Source: the human T2T-CHM13v2.0 reference genome, Homo sapiens. Taken from it: DNA of 64,000 nucleotides. Position 1 is the first letter of the stretch. The number at the start of each line of letters is the position of its first letter. The notes below the pieces were generated by a model. That model made no database searches, was not told where the DNA came from, and saw nothing but the letters and a program-made list of their open reading frames with translations. The stretch lies in contig CP068257.2 of NCBI GenBank assembly GCA_009914755.4, forward strand, positions 20,800,001-20,864,000, given 5' to 3'. The position numbers were made by a program, and so were the translations under genes. Positions 57,367 to 64,000 of the stretch are shown one piece after another.

Positions 57367-60300
57367 CAGGTTTATTATTTAATAGGAAACTTTCTTGCAT
57401 CAAGTTCTATGTTTATTATTTTAATTGATTAGTACTTTACATGATTTAAATTACAATTTTGTTTAATCATACATGCTCCCTCTCTAGTTGTTTGACAATG
57501 TAGAGGTAATTTAAAATAAAGTTAACACACTTTCTTTTTATTTCAACTAAATTACAGACGTTCCTTCCAATTATAGAATTTAACATTTCCAATATAGAAT
57601 ATTCACAGGAAACTTGAAGGATAATTACATGTAGTATTGTGTATTGTGTATGATAATAACTGTACCAAAATTGTTCTTATTTAAATAGCATATTACATAC
57701 AATATGCTGGACTTCAGTCTGAATAATTGTAACAAGGCACCCCTGCCTTAGCTACCCAGAGATGCTTTTTGCCCATATGCCATGCACTACTGCTTTCTCC
57801 AGCCATAAACTTAGTACTCTAGAGATTGAACCATGAGATTATTTGCTTTATCATGTGAGGGGTTGGGGGGAGACAAAGTATGAACTGTTCATTAATATTC
57901 ATATATTCTTCTATTTTGTGATACTGTTATTACTCGCCCACCTCATAGTTGGCCAAATGAAAAAAGAGAAACATTAATCATACTGGATGTGATCTGATGA
58001 AAAAATTATCAACCAGTTTGTATGCATGAGAATTAAACTCACTGATTCTCTTCTGTTCGCTCCTCCTAAGCAGACGAATAGTAGTGATGCTAAGGTCTTC
58101 AATTCTGTGTATACTCTAGAAACAATTTAATAAATGAGCCCCATTAGCAAATGACCGTATAAAAGGAAGGTGTTAGCCAACTATATATCTTCATCAAAAA
58201 TTAAATGTGGTAGAAAAATATTACTTTTTGATATTTGTTTTGGATTTGAGAAATTGTGTGCTTTTTATTAAATGCCTAAGCAGAAAGTTTCAATTAATTT
58301 GGAGCCTTCAATGAAAGGAACATACTTCTAACCTTTGTTAAAAATTACCCTATCTTTTGTCAGGAACTATAACAAACCTCATATTTTAGTATACTTGAAA
58401 GGAAGCAAACAAGTAATTTTCCCTTTCATTCAATTTACTTATAATTTATTTTATTTGACAAATGTATACGGATTTTTGTTGGCATTCAGAGTAAACATTT
58501 AACCAGTTAATTCAAAATAATAAATTTCACCAAGAGTTTCATATGTAGGATACAGTAGTAAATATTCTGTTAGTCACTTAATCATTATTCATTTTTATGC
58601 AAGATTTATTAGGCAACTTACATATTTTAAAGTAAATTCTGAAATATAGATATTGGTATTTTTTCCACCATTTAAAATTATTCCATCCATTAACCTCCAG
58701 CAAAATTTATACACATTAGCATTATAATATCTGAGACAGTAGGTAGATGGCTTTACAAAATACTAATGCCTAAAGTGTGACTTGGACATGAGGATTTAAA
58801 AATCTTCCCAAGTGGTTCTAATTTGCCACTAAGGTTTAGAACAAATGTTAACAAAAATATAGAAATCTCTCTGAAGAACCCAGAATACACAGTGACCGAT
58901 TTTTCTCTTTAGAATCACTTTTCTAATTATTTTTGCATTCAAATAGAGATTTTGAGTTTAATACAAATATAAGTGCATACCAAATTAGTGTCTGGGTAGC
59001 TCCATTTTACTGAATAAATACATTACATGGAGCTTAGACCATATTTGGGGGAAATGGAGTGGTCAATGACAAATGAAGTTAGTCTGCAATGATTTTTTGA
59101 ACTATAGTAAAGCAACTTTTTCAATGGAGAAATAGAGTTTGCTTTGACAAAGAGAAAGTGAGGAGCAGGATGATAAAGAAGGCATGCTGACATATGTAAC
59201 AACTTGGTAGTTTCAGTAACAGTTTGTCAAGATGTCAGATCTCCCCACTATTACAGTTCACAACTAAAGGTTCCTGATACTCCAAAAAAGTCGCATTTCT
59301 GTGTGCAGGGTATCTCATTGTGTGATGTCTACCAATTTTACAATTTCAAGAAAATAAACAAGTGTGTGTACAATAAAATAAAATAACTCCTTTTTCCTGT
59401 TTCTCAAACTAAGTACTACTATTTGTTTAATATATGTATGAATGTATGAATAGTTATATTTTAAATATTGTGCTATGGGCTCCTGTTAACAAGAACCTGC
59501 TAGGCTTCAAACAGAATATGTAACCAAATGACCGTCTTATCACCCAAGGAGGCCTTAGTTCAAAGTATTATTTAAAATAAGTATATCAGTACAATTGTTT
59601 TATGATACTTTTCTCAAATTGCTGTGGCAAATATCACAAAGATTTAGTTATAGGTCCCAATACTTACATACTTCACCTTACTGTCCTTTATTTCCCAGAA
59701 CAAAGACTATAATTTCAATATGTAGTTTAAATATAGCAAAATAAGTAGTGGCCTCAGAAGGACACTATATGTTTCTTCTCATTTTTTCTTCTTAAAAAAT
59801 ATTAAGTTGTATTTTATAGTGTAGAATTTACATAATGTTCCAGAGAATCTTCACATTTAAATCAATGTTCATTTGAAAGCTGCTGCTCATAATTGTTCTT
59901 TATGTTTTAACAATAAGTATAAAATGTATATGCAAATTATGAGGAAACGATACAAAATTTACTTCTTTCTGAAGGACACCTTTTTACCTAGATGTACGTG
60001 AAAGCATATTTCCTTTAGTTCTTACATTTACTTTACATTTGTTGGGAATTTGTACATTTCTGTACATAACGTTACATTTATAAACAAATACATATAACTG
60101 TAATTTTGTTGTAGGTAATTCTACTTTGTGTAAACTTCTTCATTGCTGATTAATATTCTAAGAGTACATTGTTGTTTTCTGGTATACATTGCAATCGAAT
60201 ATGAGAAGAGTGCTGTGTTTGTATCTCTGTCTACAGAACATCCAGTCTTGGTATGAGAGTACATTGTCTCCATCACTGTCTTCTTTTTGCTCTCATCTTC

Positions 60301-60869
60301 CTTGAGGCTGCTAAGCGTATTCCCTATTCTCTGAGTTAGACTTATATGTTCAATTTCTTGGTGGTATTTATTCCATAAAGATTTTTCAGAGTGAGAATAT
60401 TTCAGACAGAAAAGGCAAGAATGATAAATTTCTGGTTATAAATCTATAAATTTTACAGCTGACTATATGGGGAGGGATATTCAGAGGGCTGCTCCAGAAA
60501 TAATCTCTTCAATGTCAGATCTATAAATAATTGTGAAGAGGTTGATACCATTACCTGAGACAGGAAAACATCAAAAACGGCATATTTGTGATCAAAGAAC
60601 ACATGTTCTTTCTGAAAATAACTATACATTTAGTCTAACCCCTTATTTTATAAGAAGCAAGCTGAAATATATAAGGATGTTTTTGTCCTTTGCTATGTAA
60701 TAGAAAGTTATAAAACCTCTATTCCATAACTATTACATCATTGTGCAGGAACCCTGTTTATACAAAATATATTTCCTATAAAAATATTTACTTTGAAACG
60801 TTTCTGTCTTACCTTTCTGAATGCTGCAATTTTGTTATTTTTCAAATTCACTGTGACATGAATACTTTT

Positions 60870-61162
60870 TTTTTTTTTTTTTGAGACAGAGTTTCGCTCT
60901 TGTTGCCCAAGCTGGGGTGCAATTGCAGGGTCTTGACTCACTGCAACCGCCACCTCCCAGGTTCAAGTGATTCTGCTGCCTCAGACTCCTGGGTAGCTGG
61001 GATTACAGTCATGCACCACCACGCCCGGCTAACTTTGTATTTTTAGTAGAGAGGGGGTTTGTCCATGTTGGTCAGGCTGGTCTTGAACTCCCGACCTCAG
61101 GTGATCCACCCGCCTCGGCCTCCCAAAGTGCTGGGATTACAGGCGTGAGCCACCACGCCCAG
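60870..61162 (-). mobile_element. Alu SINE, minus orientation, with an 11-bp TSD
   Basis: A 13-nt T run, then gagacagagtttcgctcttgttgcccaagctggggtgcaattgcagggtcttgactcactgcaaccgcc...ggcgtgagccaccacgcccagc. The TSD tgaatactttt occurs at 60859-60869 and 61163-61173. Confidence 0.93.
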
Positions 61163-63440
61163 CTGAATACTTTTAATTTTAAATTTTACATCATTTTATG
61201 TTATATTACATTAAATTATAACAGTCTTGAATAAGGAATATAAAACATAGAAAATGACTTATGTCTAGATACTGGGTCATAGGACCAGATGTGAATTACA
61301 GGTTTACATCTGACAATTGTTGTAGGATGTATTTTAAATAAAATTTGCCCTATGTCTGGTTTAACCTAAGCAGATGACTGAATTTTGATATGAAAACTTT
61401 CAAAATTTAATTTTAAGACCAAATTGCTTTTAGAACACAGTTATACATTTTCATCCCTCCTTCTTCCTATTTAATGGTATTTTATAACTTACTGCTTTGT
61501 GTTTGGGTGGGGCATCTGACTAGTTTAGGCCAATTAATTGTAAGAGGCAATAGCGTGAGTCAAAGCCATGCCAGATGAGCACTTAATTGCCACTAGAAAA
61601 GCTTACTGCGATTTCTTTTCCTCTGCCACAGTCACAGAAAAATTTCAATCTGTTAGTTGCTCTAGTAGCCTAGATCCCTGGAGTGAGGAGATATGGAGCA
61701 CAATCCTTACTTTGTCTGAAATGAACATGCGACAACAAGAGTGAGAAATTAACCCTTGTTGTTAGGTATCTAAGAAAAGGTCAATTTGGTCCTGATATGA
61801 CGTTTTGTATCTCACTGTAACCTAACCTAAATGACATATGAAATAGTTGAACAACTCTTTGTAGAGGACTTTCTATATGCCCAGTACTGTTCCACTCACA
61901 GTAAGTATATTGATGAACAAGACTGTAAAACTTCATGCCACAGTTGTTAAGGCTATAATCAATAATTTCTTAATTCAATGATATATAAATACTATGAAGT
62001 AATTAAGCAAGGTAATGGCAAGAAGCAAGTAAAGGAGGTACCTTGAAATAGTGATACTTGAACTGAGAAAATGATCATACAGAAATGATATTATGGAAAT
62101 CTGGATCAAGTGCACTTTAGATATAGAAAAGCAATTTTCTGCAATAAAAACCATCATGGTAAATTGAGGAGAATGAACATCCTTTTTGGCTGAGGATGCC
62201 AGAAGCTAAGCATGAAATTAGATTGGAGAGAAAGAGATGGAACCAGTTTGTATAGGCACATGTATAGCATGAAAAGATGTTTGCAACGGAAATTTATTGG
62301 AATAGTACAATAAACAGGGAGATAATCTGATCTCACCTACCTTTTGAGGAGGTTGCTGCATTTTAGAAAAACAACTGTGGGCAGGGAAGAATGGAAGGAA
62401 GATCCCTAAGGCAGGTGCAAGGTACATTAGGCTATTGACTCAGAATAGCTATTTATAATGGAAAATAGTGAGAAATGGAGGAATTTGAGCTATATTTGAA
62501 GGTAACACAGAGAGCATATGCCATTGTTTGGGATGACTGGTGTTAGTGGATGGAATAGAAGAATAATCTGCCTCAAGGGTTTGGCCTAAACAAATGTATA
62601 TATGGTAGTGTAATTATAGAGCATGAGATAAGCAGATTTGCTTTCATCATGTATTTACAGTAAAAAGGCATTTTCTTAAGCCTTACTTGTAAAAGAAATA
62701 TAAATTTTCAGGACATTACAAATAATATAACTTTTCTAATTACATGCCAAAGGTATTATGTATAGCACTGTCCAAAAATGTTGACCACAAGAACAGCCCC
62801 ATCCTATCAGAATATGTCTGCAATATAGTAAGGACTGATATAAAAGTAACATTTAAATATATCAGTATGACAAGTATAAATATATTCTAATATATACCAT
62901 TAAACATTAATATTAAAATGTTAACAATACTAACATTCACATAATAATTATTAATAATTGTTAATTTAATATTCATTTTTGGCCTAATTCTTTTGAAATT
63001 ATTTCTTACTTACTGTATTTTACTAGCTTTAAAAAGCCACTATAAGTCAGGGACAATTAACTTCATATGATAATCGAGAAGACACCATCAGAGAATTTTA
63101 CTTGTTAATAAATAAATTTGGGCAGAAATTCAAAATGCTGACTATTAAACTACTAAGTTTGGTATCATAGCATGCTACTGGTGACTGAAATTTTCTTCAT
63201 GCAATACCATGACACATTGGAAAAGGGAAGACAAAGTCAACAGAGAAAATAGATGGGTCCCATAGATCACAAAAGTGTCCTGTTTTGATTTCTTATTTGT
63301 AGTAAAAACTCTAGAGATACCATGGTTCCAGAAGATAAATAAATATCAAAATCTCAGAGGAGAAAGAAAATGACCAGAAACATATAATGACAGAAGACGT
63401 TTTTCAGAGGATATCCTACAATGTTACAATTCCTTTCATG

Positions 63441-63726
63441 TTTTTTTTTAGACAGAGTCTCGCTCTGTCGCCCAGGCTGGAGTGCAGTGGCGCGATCTCG
63501 TCTCACTGCAACCCTGCTTCACAGGTCCAAGCGATTCTCATGTCTCAGTCTCCTGAGTAGCTGGGATTACAGGTATGTGCCACCATACCCAGCTATTTTT
63601 TGTGTTTTTAGTAGTGTTGGGGTTTCACCACGTTGGCCAGGCTGGTCTCGAACTTCTGACCTGAAGTGATCTGCCTGCCTCAGCCTCCCAAAATGTTGGG
63701 ATTACAGGTGTGAGCCACCACCTGTA
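63441..63726 (-). mobile_element. Alu SINE, minus orientation, slightly truncated at the Alu 5' end
   Basis: A 9-nt T run, then agacagagtctcgctctgtcgcccaggctggagtgcagtggcgcgatctcgtctcactgcaaccc...ggtgtgagccaccacctg. Confidence 0.9.
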
Positions 63727-64000
63727 ATCAGACATAAGGAGTCCAAAAATAACTTTAGATTTTATTTTTTTTCTTTGTTTTAAGTGGAAATATTTTATCC
63801 AGCTGTGTGGACATAAAAGGCTGTCTCAATTTATTTATAGTTGGGTTGAGGAAGACGAACGTTTTGTATGAAAGAAAGCTAAAGGTTTCCCATCATTCCT
63901 AATTCTCCAAAACGAAGGAATTGGTGACTTCTAAATTTTATTATCTTTAAGATAACTTCTATGATTTGTTTTGTTGAATCATAGTTTGGTGTATCTGAAG

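Overview
This window is primate (human or great-ape) nuclear DNA, not a prokaryotic locus. I see no support for a novel defence or biological system in the bacterial sense. The sequence is AT-rich and strongly CpG-depleted outside Alu elements (GC not computed; roughly 35-40% by eye). About half of it is recognisable interspersed repeat: at least 19 Alu SINEs, several with intact target-site duplications (TSDs); several L1 LINE copies; a Tigger1-like pogo DNA transposon; a small hAT-type nonautonomous element; three MaLR-type solo LTRs; and numerous microsatellites and minisatellites. The L1 copies include one full-length but ORF-disrupted L1PA with a perfect 14-bp TSD, and one copy with a twin-priming 5' inversion. 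I cannot support any cellular protein-coding exon from sequence alone, so the region looks intergenic or deep intronic and gene-poor. Every long ORF in the supplied track falls inside a transposon (L1 ORF1/ORF2, Tigger transposase remnants) or a low-complexity repeat. The most interesting structure is a pair of ~450-bp inverted repeats at about 98% identity, separated by a ~2.06-kb spacer. Its left arm is embedded between TA-rich microsatellites, and a 25-bp exact direct repeat lies nearby. This looks like a hominid-era inverted duplication or complex rearrangement rather than a transposon. All coordinates and identities were read by eye, with no alignment tools, so boundaries are approximate to within a few bases. 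Repeat subfamily names are recalled from consensus motifs and should be confirmed with RepeatMasker or Dfam.
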